The position numbers and the translations under genes were made by a program. DNA of 64,000 bases from Takakia lepidozioides (Eukaryota; Plantae; Bryophyta): NCBI GenBank assembly GCA_030704615.1, contig CM060731.1, forward strand, positions 37,820,001 through 37,884,000. The letters run 5' to 3'. Shown here in pieces: positions 12,149 through 26,069 of the stretch; position 1 is the first letter of the stretch, and the number at the start of each line of letters is the position of its first letter. The notes beneath the pieces are model-generated. The model had not been told where the DNA came from. It made no database searches and saw only the letters and a list, made by a program, of their open reading frames with translations.

Positions 12149-14947
12149 TGACTCCTCCTATTAAAGGTATTATATGAGTAATCCGTTATTCCCTCTAGTT
12201 CTTGGTCCAAAGGGGCTACAACTATCAGAGTGCAATTGTGTCTCTCTATCGAATAACATCTTAAAGTGTAAGTGTCGCTAGCAGAGCAAGCCTTCAGCAA
12301 TAGTATTGGCATATTCTCTTTGTAGCCTTCCTTCCTCCCCTTTTCTGCTCCTTCAAAAATGGGCTCGGAAGGCCATCCTTGTCATTGCCCGGTCCTCTGC
12401 TGTCCTCCTCTATGTGCTTTTACTGGAGATCGAGCAATAACATCGTCCTTGTTCGATGATAGATAGCAAGTCTGACAGCTAACTTTGCAAGCCACCTAAG
12501 TGAACATTCACTCGTTGTTCGCACAGGCGAGAGCAAAGTAAAGAATGGAGGGGAGCAAGATAGAATTTCCACAGTAACTGACTCATATGCATTGTGAAAG
12601 GAGAGTATTAGCTTCTACCGAGCATTCCTTACACTTCGGTGTAATACTAGGCGTAACATCGGTCAAAGGTCAAGTCCCTCTGATTGAGACGTCTTGTAAA
12701 GCCTAATTTGAGATAGAATGAACCATTTCTATGACAGAGGCTTGGGCTGCTTTAATTATTAGTCCAGCAGTCCAGCACAAAAGAGAGAGCAAGGTCAATG
12801 ACTTCCCTGTAGACATGATGTATCTGAATGTGGCTTTGGTTGTCAGTTGGGGGGGGCAAAATCTTTTGTTTGTTTTGGCTGCAAGAGTACAGAGCAGCTC
12901 TGTACAGAGGATCTGTTCAAAGCCAGTTTGGTGTTGATGCCACAAGTGACTCCCAACACTAAATTCCACCGCCTGCTGTTCTCAGCCGGGATTGTCCCTG
13001 GGTTGTGTGCTACAATTTTGCCCTTCCACTTTGAATTATCAACACAACGTTGAACAGGTCTGAATTATCTAAGGGATCCATGGAAGGTCAAGTTCAGTTG
13101 TGTCTTGTGTCTCAATATGGCTCATAATTCATGGTAAAGAGACCCGTCTGGTAGCTATGATGATGTGATGAAGGGACATATATATCGCAATATGGAGTGA
13201 GGGACCTATTGCCGGGGTATTGGCCAACCTACCTACCAGTTGGGTATACCGGTCACCACTTCTGCTAAATTTACCTTCTTCACCGATACTAAGCCACCTG
13301 AATAATTGTGTCCTGCTTACCTGCAGGACAAAACTTGACTTTAGTTCCCTCCAAGCGGGAATTGAAGGGAGCTACCTGAAAAAAATTGTCAGTGAATCTG
13401 GGTGGTATCACTGTCAGAGGCCCAGTGGGGCCGGCTGCCGAAATTCTTCCTCAAAACTAACACAATACTGATCCTACCACAGCCTACCGTCCAGTGGCAT
13501 CAAAACTATTTCATAGATAAGGAGCCGTGAATTTCCTGGAACCAGCAGCATGTGCCTCCAAGTCTGTCACTTCATCAGTTTTGTCCTACACACCGACCTA
13601 GGAAGGAGATAGTAACCACTCTTTTCTCTGACTTCTGCGGAAGAGTGGGGACAACATAAATGGAGTACACACAACGCTAGTGAAGGTCTGCGGATTCCAC
13701 TTCCACTTTCTGTACACCCTGTGATATTTGCTTGTCCATTGTGGCAATTTCCAAATTTTTAAACGAACACATGTGTGAGGTTCGCGAGAGAGACTACAGC
13801 TAGGAGGGCGAGGGAATCATGGCTAACCATTACAACCTTGAGGGGTTCGTAAGGGCTAATTGTGGACTCTGTGTTAGTGAGTCACCAGTGAACAGGGTCA
13901 TGACTGGCCATAGGAACAGTTGTAGGCCACTGGTGCCTCTGGCAACAGGCCCACCGTAGACAACCAATCCTACAAGACTTTCTTGCAGATTGGTGGGTGC
14001 TGTGACTGGCCACTGCAATTGCATACAATTGGAGCCCTCAGTCCAGCAGACCTTGCGCTGATCTAAATCTTGTCACACTACAACGCCATTGTGCCTAGTC
14101 ACCTTCCTCTGGATGTTCACTGCATACACACATGGCAGCCAGGTTTTGGAGCATTGCTCCGTCTCCACCACATGAGCTTCTCCCATAAGATGAGAACTTC
14201 CTTCGGCAAAGGAGGTTGAAAAATCGAAAAGTCCAAGGATGCGTGACTCCAATTTCGCTGAAGTCGGTAAGCTGAGAAACAATTTTTGTTCCGCCCCAGC
14301 ACCAATCTGCATCGTCATGTGAATTGGATATGCAGACCAAAAGAAACAAGCCTAAAACGGCGATGGGCTCTCTTGCTTTGGCAAAACGTAAGAGGAAGGT
14401 GGCATGACTCAGCACAACACACCAATCGGAGCCTTGACACGGGTGTAAAGTCCTTTTACCACATTTTCTCCATTGACTTTAACATGTTGCAAAGTCTCTC
14501 AAGAGAGTGGACACAGTGGGCTGGCATGATGTAGTATCATCTATTTTGAGGGCATTCTGCATTCCTAAGCAAAAAACAAGAGTTGACGATCATTCACTCT
14601 GTGAGTCACAGCATGCAAAAACCAATGTGGAAAAAGCTGAAAACTTAGATCCTCTCGTGCATGCATCAGGAGTAAATCTCAACTTTGCACAGTTGACCGA
14701 AACCAATTTTTGACTGCGGTATTGGGCCTTTGAATGTTCATTTCTCAAAAATAGAAAGAGCTCTAGGTACATGTCCAAAACAGCTACACACAAAAAAGAA
14801 GTCCCCTTGAGCGTCGTGTGGACCCAGCTCCTTCCCACTTAACAGGGTGATTGAAGCAGACCTCAGTTTTTGGGCACAATTCTTCCTGAACTCTTTGCTA
14901 CTTCGAGCTCGTTCCTTTTTATAGATAGGCACTCCTTGTCTTCGGCC

Positions 14948-15012
14948 TTTGGATTAGGACAATCCCACAAAGGACCTTTGTGGGATTGTTGAGTCTACAC
15001 TCCTAATCCAAA
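14948..15012. repeat. Nested inverted repeat / hairpin
   Basis: Inner 15-bp perfect stem acaatcccacaaagg-a-cctttgtgggattgt (14959-14989) plus outer tttggattagga / tcctaatccaaa arms. Confidence 0.85.
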
Positions 15013-15773
15013 ATTCTGAGGCAGGAAGGAGGCTCTTAGCTTGCCAGGTTGGCTGATTCTATTATACCGCAAAGTTCATGGGCTGGCCGATTTTTCTGCG
15101 AACCTGTTGTCATTTCAGCCGCCAAGTGTAGGGCGCTGGAGCTATCCTTTCTTATGGCTTTTTTCCAAGGTTACTTTTCCCTTGGGTTGTGAATGCAATT
15201 TCAAGGACCAAGGCTCTGTAGCCCACTTTTTCCTGTCTACTTGATGGAATGACATCCGAAATACTGGTCGCATATACTCAGAACCAGACATGATAGAATT
15301 TGCACAGTTATAATCATGTGCTGTTTTGCATAGAATATGGTTTTCTAGAGAGGTTCTATAGACACCTTGCAACTTGCCTTCCTTCCTCCCAGCTAAAGAC
15401 ACTGTCGTCAGAAGTATGTGCTAGTCTGAGCTCCATGTGGATGACTTAACATACACTCTAGGCTATACCTTTTGCAGAGATTCGAACAAATTCATGCGTT
15501 TAATGAGATCTAACTGGAGATTTCCTCGTGTATGGCACCGGACCTCTCTTCATGAATTCATGAAGTGACTGGTCAGCATGCCAATTCTATAAAAGCATCT
15601 AAGAGTGTGAGATGGTAATAGTTGTCTGCTGCTAGAACTGGACATTTCAGATTGTTCGCATATCCACGAACGCAAATCGCTGACTTAGCTAACAACTTGC
15701 AATGAGATGGTCGCATCATATCCTGCTGCAAGGTGGTCAAGTTTTCTTGAACTGTTGGGCAGAGAAGTTGTAC

Positions 15774-18310
15774 TCATAGTTCCACAGTAGGTCCGCGGAC
15801 TCCCACTTTATTGCCAGGCATTCCAAGCTGGGTGTCCTCGAATTCAGAAGGGCCATGGCGAGACTGGTCATATTTTTCACCATCACCCCAGAGCGCATAT
15901 GCCTCCTCACCATGTGCGGCGTCATCACCCACCATCAGTTGGTCGTCAGGCATGCGGAGCGGAATGACCAGCTTGATGGCCAGCAGGATGACGGTAGTAG
16001 AAATAAGGTTCCACACAATTATGAACAATGCTCCCCCCGCCTGCTTCATTACCTGTCTGCCACCCTTGTTGGCTGCGTAGAACAGACCTCTTTCATGAGA
16101 CACTACCTCGAAATAGGAGCTCAAAGTAGGTTCGGCAAACAATCCGGTCATAAGGCCCCCCAGGGCGCCGGCAACTGCATGTGTATGGAAGACGCCCAGG
16201 CAGTCATCGACAAGTTGGAGAATCCTGCTGCGTTTGTGCACCACCATCATTGTGAACCACGGCACACTCCCTGACACTAGCCCCATTACAATGGCGGCCC
16301 ACCCTTGCACCACTCCTGCAGGGTCCATGATGCAAGAGTGTTTAGTGGATCTGCTTGGAATCATGTGTGCATTCCATACTTCAGCCTGAGTTAGCTAGAT
16401 CATGCTCACGAGCTTGCAAACAAAGTTTTCTGACCAGCAGTTGGTACACTATATAATATCTACGAGTTCATATGTATGCCATCATCTCAGGAGAGTGCAG
16501 GTGTCCCCTAAGATTCATTGAGTTCATTGTTCTATGAAGATGTGAATGATATCACTTGTTTATCCAGATTTAGAAGCATTGATCGGTTAGGCTGGGATGT
16601 CTGCAGTTCAGTACTTTGATCCGACGCCCCTATCTGTATGAATCGTGACTGCATACATACCTCACCCAAATGTGCAGTTGACAGTTAAAGGCACAGATCA
16701 AAGGAAGACTTGCACTCTAGACCTGAAATGTTTGAACATTATCAGTGGCCATGATGTCAAGTCATACCTGCAGCAGGAGTGATGGCCACGAGGCCCGTAA
16801 TCATACCCTGCACTGCCCCAATCACCGATGGTTTGCCGAATGTGATCACATCCAGAAAGGTCCACATCAGAAGACTGGTGGCCGCGCATACGTTGGTATT
16901 CATTACTGCAATTGAGGCGTCGACATTAGCTGCAAATGGATCACCTCCGTTAAACCCAGCCCACCCCAGCCACAATAGACCTGCCCCAGCGAGCATAAGC
17001 AGAACATTGTTGGGAGGGAAGCGCTCTCTATCCTTCATCATCCTTGGGCCCACCTGTAGATGCATAATTCATGGCAAAACTACAATGAGAGGTTGAAGGA
17101 TCACCCGGCCTACATCTTGCCCAGGAGTCTAACAAGGCAAAGCTTAAAAATTATTTCACCTGAAGTCCTGAAGGGAAGGTCTGAATTACACATATGTTTG
17201 TGACCTAGATACATATGTTATGACGTGTTTACTACAATACTGAGTCGTTCCTTCATGCTCGGGAAGATGCACAATCACGTGATGTCAGCTCTTGTTGGCC
17301 TTTGAACAGCTTTAGCAAAGTACTCGACGTTCGAAACCCAACAGCCACTCGCCTATGATCTAGTTTGACCGGGCAGAACTTTGCAAACGTACATGTGTAC
17401 ACACCAAAATTAGCAGCCTTTGCCGGATCATATGATACATCCAGAGGCACAAGCACGTTGAACATTATAGCTCTAGCACGATCTTATCGATCGCGGCTAG
17501 CTGCTTTAAAAAAACGTGAAAAACTGGTTTCAAAATCCTATGCATGACGCTTGACTTGAATCCGGAGAACTTCGAGAAATTCCACTACCCCTTCGAACGG
17601 TTAACAATGTACATACGTTCAAATGGTTTGACAGCTAGAAAAGTCACTTGCAGAAATTGTAAAGACTGTACCCAGTATGCAGCCGTGAAGCCAGCCACAC
17701 CAGAAGACAGATGGATAACATAACCACCCGAGTAATCAATTACTCCCCACTGCCACAAGAATCCTCCTCCCCACACACTGAATGCCCCCACTGTGTAAGA
17801 AAAAGTGAGCCAAAGAGGCACAAACAACATCCACGCACGGAAATTCATTCTTCCCAGCACCGAGCCGGCCACTAGAATGAGAGTGATGGCTGCAAACACA
17901 AATTGAAAGTAGATCATGGTGGCCATAGGATATAATGGCATTTCTGGGACAGAATGAGTGTCGTGGACCCCTGTTGCATACAGTACTGCTTGCTGTTGCA
18001 TAAACCTGTAGCCCAATGTTGGGCCGCCCTTGCCCCACATTGGCAACAGCCTTTTGCCGAACGCCATATTATATCCCCAAAGCACCCAGCACAGCAACAC
18101 GGCTGCATATGCATAAAAGGCCATGAAGGCTGAATTGACAGCCCACTTCTTTTTCACAATGCTGCCATAAAGTATGACAAGGCCTGGGACACTCTGCATT
18201 CCGACAAGAGTGGCAGCGGTCATCTGCCATGCATTGTCACCCTTGTTTAGCCAATCCGGATTGGGGAGACCCGTTTGGACATAAGCGCTTGGAACGGTCT
18301 GATTCGACAT
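15774..18310 (-). CDS. AMT2: Ammonium transporter, AMT2/MEP subfamily, 3 coding exons
   Basis: Exons 18310-17672, 17053-16768 and 16315-15774 with GT-AG borders. Motifs: [39 protein letters not shown]...[48 protein letters not shown]. Both pore histidines are present. Confidence 0.96.
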
Positions 18311-19390
18311 TTTGTTGGGTCTCAAGTCTTGACCGAAGTTGAAGTCCAACTTCAATGACCTTGCTGCTTTGGGCCTCCTTCTCTTGTGGCAGGTACCTGT
18401 TATGGCAATATGTTAGAGATCGATACGGTGCTGCAAGCAGAATCTGAACTAAGTTATATTTCGCAGCGCTGCCTTTACTAAAAGTTTGAGGTTAAGTACT
18501 CAGAAGTAAGTTACTGATCATCTAGATCAGCCGGGTGATTCGAACTAAAACTTTATATATACATGTAAATCAGACGACTACTGATTCAGTTTTTCTTCTC
18601 TCTATATAGAATACGGTCTATCACATTCTGGCCATTTAGTTTATGCGCATTCATGAGACCTCGCGTGGAAAGTATCAACACATCTGATGTCCATACATAT
18701 ATATTCACGACTCTTGGGCTGCAAGAGTTCACAGAACGAAGTAGCTCTTGATTCAATCATAATTTATGCATTCTATCCTCATTCTATCTCTCTACTGCTT
18801 CGGAGACACCTGAATGAGACGCATTGCTTTTAAAAGCTCCTCAGCCAGTCTCTAGCTAGTACATGAACAAGTGAGGTCTAGGTGGGTACAAACTTCACTT
18901 CAAGCAAAGCTAGCAATTGATTGGAACTGTTCGACACACAGAGAGAGCAGATAGACCGAAAGTTTAGAGAGAAGCACCTGCACCCCCACCTTCACGGGCC
19001 GAGGAGGGAAGCAGAATCTCTGGCCCCTGGGACTTAAAGATCAGATGCGAATGTGGACAACGCTGTTGGCCTCAACAAAGGCAACGGTGCCTCAACGGTC
19101 GGTCCTACCAAGGACCGTGTGCACGCTTGTCGTTCGTCTCTCTCGCAGCTGCCGCCCCGCTCTCTCGATCGTCGTCATCGCTGCGACCAAACTCTCTCCA
19201 TTCTTTATTCAAATATTCAAATATTCAAAAGCGAACCGCCCGTTTGGAATCCACACCCCACGCATCTCCAACAAGATTCCAAACACGTTCATCCGGAATC
19301 CCAGTTCCCGCATATAAGCCCCCCAGAATCCCTTTTTCTTGAAACATATATATCAAAATAATATTTGCCCACACCAACACCAACATACAG

Positions 19391-19462
19391 CGTCTCTCTA
19401 GCATCCCTCAAATAGAGAGACGACTCCGGCCGTCCCCTCGAATAGAGAGACGACTCTGGCCG
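19391..19462. repeat. Two 30-bp-period direct repeats preceded by an inverted copy of the core, in the AMT2/PP2C divergent intergenic region
   Basis: ccctc(a/g)aatagagagacgactc(c/t)ggccg occurs twice; cgtctctcta at 19391-19400 is the reverse complement of tagagagacg. Confidence 0.7.
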
Positions 19463-20447
19463 AAGCCGGCGTAACTAACTAAGAGCCACTTCACCTTGCG
19501 ACTACTGCCACTGTCCGGGTTAGCACAACTCAAAAATTCCTTAGTGACTCCCCTGAGCTGAATCTCCGACCCTGGATTCCATTTATGTGATCGCAGCCGG
19601 ACCTCTCGCAGCCTCATCACTCGTCTCAATGTCCATGATCATGTGCGGCCAGCCAAAAATGTCATGTCCTCTAAATTAAGTGGCTCAGTTCTGTATTACA
19701 CCCTCCGAATACGGGCAATTTTTAACCAAGCTTCAAGAACTCTCGGGCTCCGTCTTATCAAATTCGGGGAAGTGCTCATGTCGGAAGTAAGAAAGTAAGA
19801 ACTTCCCCTCTTATTCTTGACTCCGGTGAGTGGGTTGGAACTTGGAACTAACTCAAGGATGTTCGAGATGTAACCCGACCACAGTGATTGATTCGCAATT
19901 CTGTCAAGTTGAAATATGTTCGTTACTATAAAAGAGATGTTCCGGCATAGCTTTGGTTGAATTATTTTCGGATAAAATGTAAGCTTTCAACCAGGTGTTA
20001 AGTTAGTGAAGTACCGACGGTCCAGTGCTGCTTCCAAGCATAATTATTAACTATTAATTAGTATAAAGTTTAAAACCACTTGGCCCTTTCTGCATTAATA
20101 ATTAATTAATTAATTTTTCCCCCGAATAATTCCAAATAAAGTTTCACCAGGGCGAGTCTAGGCTCTGTCCCCTGTTTGTTGAAAAAAAAAGTATATATTA
20201 TAGTGTAGTATTGAATAATAATATTGTACAGAGGGGGGTCACTAGTAAGTCAAGTAGTGGGTCAATGCTGAGCGCAGGCTCTTGCAGGAGAGCTGTTGAC
20301 CAGTTTGTGCTGTGTCGATCGGAGTGAGCGAGAGAGAGAGAGAGAAGCAGGGAAGGAGTTTGGAGCGAGGCAGGAGGGTCGCGCTGGAGGAGCAAGGAGA
20401 GAAGAGTGACAGCTTTTTCGGGGTTGGAGCAGCAGTGGGTGCGGTGT

Positions 20448-20531
20448 ATGCAGAGTATGAGCGGTGGCTGAGAGGGAGGAAGAGAGAGCATGATTGTACA
20501 AGCATCGGTGGAGGACCGTCTTGCTCAGTAG
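20448..20531 (+). promoter_or_regulatory. Two candidate upstream ORFs in the PP2C leader
   Basis: ATG 20448 to TGA 20471 (MQSMSGG) and ATG 20490 to TAG 20531 (MIVQASVEDRLAQ); the second ends 4 nt before the main ATG at 20536. They lie downstream of a (GA)n tract typical of plant 5' leaders. The TSS is not known. Confidence 0.45.
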
Positions 20532-20535
20532 GACC

Positions 20536-23500
20536 ATGAATTGTCTCAACAACGTCTTCTCGTCCAAAGACTCCTCTGGGGGCAGTGTGCCTGTTAGCGG
20601 CGGTGGATTGAGGTTGGGGAACGATTCTTTCTTTCTTCTTTTTCATTTCTCTGCCTAGGATTTGTGGGTTCTTCCTTTCTAGGGTCACTTACTTCTCATT
20701 CTTGATCTCCTCTCCTCTGTAGCTCTTTGCTTCACATTCTGGGTCATCTCTATGCTCCGGTTGCTTTTGCGGTTGTGTGTCTGATTGCCGACACTGTGAT
20801 CTCGGGTACTATCTTGCAGATCTGTTTTTTCTGGTCTTTCGTAACCCTAGGCTGGCCTGTGTTCAGTCCATACCAGTCCAGCATCCACGATTTGCGTCAA
20901 CCGTTTCAGAAGGGATCCTAAGCAGATCGACCTCTCTAATGGTTTCCCTTTATGCAGTGGGAATGGTGGTTGTAACCCAATGAAAGTTGACTCTCCTACC
21001 GCATCACTGACATCTATTTTTAGTTTTGTCTTCTTTCATCATCCTAGCTTTGAAATTTTCACCATCTATGCCAAATGGTCTAAGATGCATCATCACACTT
21101 TTGTGACTGTATGATGTATGGCCACATTTGTTAATGGCTGTAGATTGTGAACCCTTCCGCTTGTCTTGCAAAATTACTGATTTCTCTGCAGTCATCTCTT
21201 TGAAGTAGCTTCTCCAGACCAGGTCTAGCTCACTCATCTTGCAACATGCCTCTCCAGTGTATGGTCTGGTGATTTTAGTTATTGCCAGGTTTCCTCGATA
21301 GGTGGGAAGTGGTGTTGAGATCTGTGATTTCTGGTCTCTCTTTAAATGATTGGAGCTTCTCCTCTGTGTGGAAGCTGGGGTTCCATCTTTTTGTAGAGCA
21401 TGATAACAGTAGGTTTTAGTTACAGGATTATTTGTCAGCAGCAACTGCCTGGTTTACTTGTTGGCACAGTACATCTCAACATTTTATTCTGATATTCTAA
21501 CTCAACAAGATTCTCTCCTCTAGCAACGTGGAACAATACATTTCAAACTCGCCAGACTCGCACATGAATAAGTAGGCATTTGACCTGCGTATGATAGCAT
21601 GTCACGGCATTTCAGAACAATGAAGACATCCATATAGTGCACTTGAAATGTCTTTGGTGGGACAGTTGGAAGAGTCATAGACAATTTGCAAGAAAAGAGG
21701 AACAAGTGGGTTATCTTCTGTCTAGTGTGCCCTTACAGCTTGCCCGCCAACTCCTTCATGTGTTTCATTGCTTGTCATTGATATACCTTGCAGTTGCAAG
21801 TATGCTTAGAGTTCGTACACTCAAGCATAAGATGCTATGAACAATCCCTACCTCCAAGAAAAACACAAGTACGAAAGCCTCCTTGTTCCGGAAGAAGTTG
21901 TTTGCCATCTCCTAGCAGCTTGGACTCCAATACAGTGCCCTTGCCTTTGGTTCCTATAAGAGTACTGATGTTGCAACTGGATTACAACATTGACCAGAAC
22001 GAGGTTGCCACATAGACATCGCATCATGCTCTGCAAGTTGCACTTTGAGTTTTCTAATAAGGGTAATTTAGACAGGGCAGGAGTTGGGTCTTTAAAATTA
22101 TGGAGCAGAGGGGTATAGATGTGCAACATTTAGTGTGGTCTACCTGTGGAAGCTTTGCCACTTGGCAAGGAAGTGTGACTCTTTTTGAGTCATGGTGGAA
22201 GTCAAGTTGCTTATCCTGGGAATACTGTGGCTTGTGTTGCACCTGTGTGGGGTGCTGTATCAGGTTTGTTCCACTCAGAATGTTTGTTTCATTGTGTACA
22301 CAGTGAAAATGGAAGATTCAGCTATGGCTTTTCCAGTTTGCGAGGAAAGAGGGCCTCAATGGAGGATTTCTATGAGACCAAAATCTCAAAAGTTGATGAT
22401 CAAATGGTCGGTCTATTTGGAGTTTTTGATGGTTAGTGTCTCATCCAAAGAGTCTGTTGTACTTCGCATTGCTGCCTGTATGTCTCAGTTGGATTGTTGC
22501 ATGCAGATATGTCTGTACATTGCCATTGCATCCAGATATAAAGCTGTATGGGTAGTTTCCAAAGGAGAGTTGTCAAAATGACTGTATGTCTTGGCTCCTT
22601 CCAGCAGTAGTGCTTTCTATGTGGAGTTATGTCTAGGACTTTGGATGGTTTATAGCCAATGTGCAAGTTCATCCTTGTTTGTGTACAATGTTGGAAGATT
22701 AGGGGCTAAACATGTTGTGCTACTGGCTCCATGCAGGTCATGGGGGCTCTCGGGCAGCAGAATATGTGAAGCAAAACCTTTTTGAGAACTTGCTAAAGCA
22801 CCCTAAATTTGGGAGTGACACGAAGTTAGCAATAGGTAAGGATGCAGCTGTTTGCCAGGGTTTGTTCATGACAGTCTTGCTCCATTTCTGTATTCTCCTG
22901 GTTGGAATGGGTTGATGACATTGAGGGATGTTGTGTACACTTCACTGCGAGGATCTTCTGTATACTGCAAATCTGACCATAGAAGACGTATGAGTACATA
23001 TTTGCTCTTATATCTAGAGATGGGTTACTAACTAATGGCAACCAACAATGCCAATTGTAACAGCTGAGACATACAAGCAGACAGATCAGGAGTATCTGAG
23101 AGCAGAGAACAATCAGCACAGGGATGCAGGCTCAACAGCTTCCACAGCTGTCTTGGTTGGGGAACGCCTGCTGGTTGCCAATGTTGGTGATTCTAGGGCT
23201 GTAATTTGCAGAGCTGGCAAAGGTGTAGCATTCATGCCTATTACCCTGCTTGCAGTACATTCCGTATGATTTCTTAACAAATCTTTGTGGTTGGGCACCA
23301 CAACATCTTTGGCAATTAATTCGACTGTCACCATTCTTTGTTTCTGCCTGTAAGTAATTTTGTGTTGTTTCGCATAGCGAGAAATAGAATATAATGTGCC
23401 GTCACACTTCCGACAAACTTGAGTGCCCAATGCCACAGATTGAAGGATCACTTGGTATACACGCCACCTTTTCTGATAAGGATTGTACGCCAACTGGCTA

Positions 23501-26069
23501 GACCCCACATTCTAGCAATGACTAGGGTTTGCATAGAGAGTATACTTCCAATAGAGGTTGAGTAAAGCCTGTGTTGTAGATTCTATTTTAATGTCAAATT
23601 AAGTATACCTATGACTATTATGTGATTTTGCTTCTGAATGTGTTTGAGAAAGGTTTCGCCCTCATTTATGAAGAAACATCTTGTGGTTTGAATAGAAGAG
23701 GAATGTCTCTGGTTGCAGTTCTGAGATAACACTACTATGGTTGGTGTTGACTGAGAATGTGTATTGGGGGATGGGCCCGGGTAATCAGCGGTTGCTCTTT
23801 CAACGGATCATAAGCCCAATCGAACTGATGAACGACAGCGGATTGAGGATGCTGGAGGGGTTGTCATGTGGGTTGGTGAGATTACCCTTCAATAGTTTTT
23901 TGTAAGAGACCAATGTGCTTTGTATTCGGGTGTTAGACGCCTGTGTATGTGTGTGTACCTGTTCTGTCCGGTGGACTTGAGAGGAGAGACAGATGTGTTA
24001 CAGTGTCAGCTAGTTTTTGAGCAGATACCATGGTAGTGCAGCTTGGCATGAAATGCTGGTTGCCAGACTATTCAGTTGCTCAAGTGATTGTCCATGTAAG
24101 CTGTAGCTCTTGCTTGGCTTCTTAGGTGTTGGTTATGTACGAATTATGTTTTACTGCCACTGCACTCTCTCCAGAAAATCAAAGCAATTGACTCAAACAG
24201 TACCAGCTCTTGAGTTGACGATCTCATGCTGGTAGTACATGAGGACACAACCTGCCTCCTTGCACCCTAGCACGGTCAATGATTGCATGTGGTGATTAAA
24301 ATTATGGCCCTTGCTTGTGGCTTAAGGTGCCAGTTCTGCACTTCCTGACAGCATTTGGGGATGGTAAGTAGTGTGAGACCCATGGCTGATGAAGAAGGTG
24401 TTTATCGCAGGCACTTGGAGGGTAGGAGGTGTTCTTGCAGTATCTCGTGCATTTGGTGACCGACTGTTGAAGCAATATGTTGTGGCCGAGCCTGAGATTC
24501 AGGTAGAGCTCTTTGTCTTGTGCTTGAATGAACCAGTTATATAGTTTCGTATCGTTGGTATGTTACACCTGCAGGTCACAGTTTATGACAACTATCATAT
24601 CAAATTAAAACTGGGATGCACATCAGTGGTCAGCATTAACTTGGAGAATGCTAGAGCCTGTACACTCCAATTTCTGTACTGACAACTGAAATATTGTACG
24701 TCAAGGAATGATGTGGAGAGTGACAGGTGTTTTCTGGGACTTCCCTGATTTGCTGGTGGTTGAGTTGTCATGTTTGATGCGGTGGACTTATGCAGGAGGA
24801 GACTATCAAAGACGATGTCGAGTTTCTCTTGCTTGCGAGTGATGGTTTATGGGACGTTATATCAAATCAGGTTTGATCAAGAAGCTAGTGTAATCCCCAC
24901 TGGTATATTTGCACATTTTAAGCAGGCATTCTTGGGAAGGGATCTACAGCAAGTTGAATGCCTTTCCCAAGTGTTGTTGTATGACCTGTTGATGACCTTG
25001 TCTGGTTCATCTCTGTTGTAAGGGATGAATGGCCCCATGTTATCCAGCTTATTGAACACTCCCCATGGTCTCGCTTCTAGCATAGGTTCTGCCCTCTGCC
25101 TAGTCCACCTGGCCCCAAATTGGGTCTCTCCTGTTTGCGGAGCCAGTTGGGGCTGTGGTACAAGAGTTTACCACACATCCAAAAGAAACCCTCTGACATG
25201 TGTTCAGATTATCACACAAGCATGTAATGGCAGACTGTTTTACCGCTGTCATATGTCATCAAGTCACCAGAGAGCATGTAAGTCAGGGGGGTTGGGGGGG
25301 ACATCCGCTCATCCATTAGCCAGGTGCAAGCTTATATTCCTGGCTGCCTAGCTCTCTTTGACTTTAATTGCTTGCAGATGTGGTGGAAATTTGGGGGTGG
25401 ACCTCTTGAGAAATCTTCAGCTTTTAACTCGTATCACTAAGCGCAGTAAAGTTGCTTCTGATGAACATTTTCGCATCTGGTCCTAAAAGAGTGTTTGCTG
25501 AAGTAGTGGACCAGATTTCATTGGTTGTTTTGAGGTAGAAATCCCATCGCAGCTGCATCTACATTGCCATACCTTCTACTCTATTCTGTGAGCTCTGCCA
25601 GTTGATCCGAGGTAGAAGCCACCCTTTATGCCTACTAAATCTACAGTGGGGTACCAAAGAAGTATATTACAATGTCGTTTTGTGTATGTGTTCTCACCTC
25701 CATGAACATATGACTCTATCAACTGTCACCACCACAAACGTCATATTGCAGCTTTAGATGACCACTTGGATAGTAAAATGAGACCATGGATTGGCAGTGA
25801 GAAATGCAGTGAATTGGATTATGATCAACTAGCAGGAGACCCATGTCTTTCCATAACACCGTCACCATGGCACCATAGTTGTAATGTAATGCTTGCCAGT
25901 AAGATTGGGGAACGCTGAGGAGAGTGACACTCTGCATGTGCAGGATGCGGTGACAATGGTGCAGTCAATACCGGATGCTGAGGAGGCTGCCAAGAGGTTG
26001 ACTGAGCAAGCCTACAGTAAAGGGAGTGCAGACAATATTACTTGCATTGTTGTCCGCTTCCATCACTAG
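20536..26069 (+). CDS. Protein phosphatase 2C, clade F (WIN2/PP2C59-like), 8 exons
   Basis: Exons 20536-20612, 22304-22431, 22737-22835, 23064-23222, 23789-23875, 24411-24502, 24796-24870 and 25944-26069 splice in frame. Motifs: [86 protein letters not shown]. Confidence 0.95.

Noticed and set aside
12200-15700. Several 60-106 aa ORFs between the PPR and AMT2 genes
   Set aside because: No recognisable domains, and no consistent exon chain could be built.
15774-26069. Head-to-head AMT2 and PP2C as a functional nitrogen-signalling cluster
   Set aside because: The known phosphatase control of ammonium uptake involves clade-A PP2C and AMT1. This pair is clade F and AMT2, and adjacency alone is not evidence in a plant genome.
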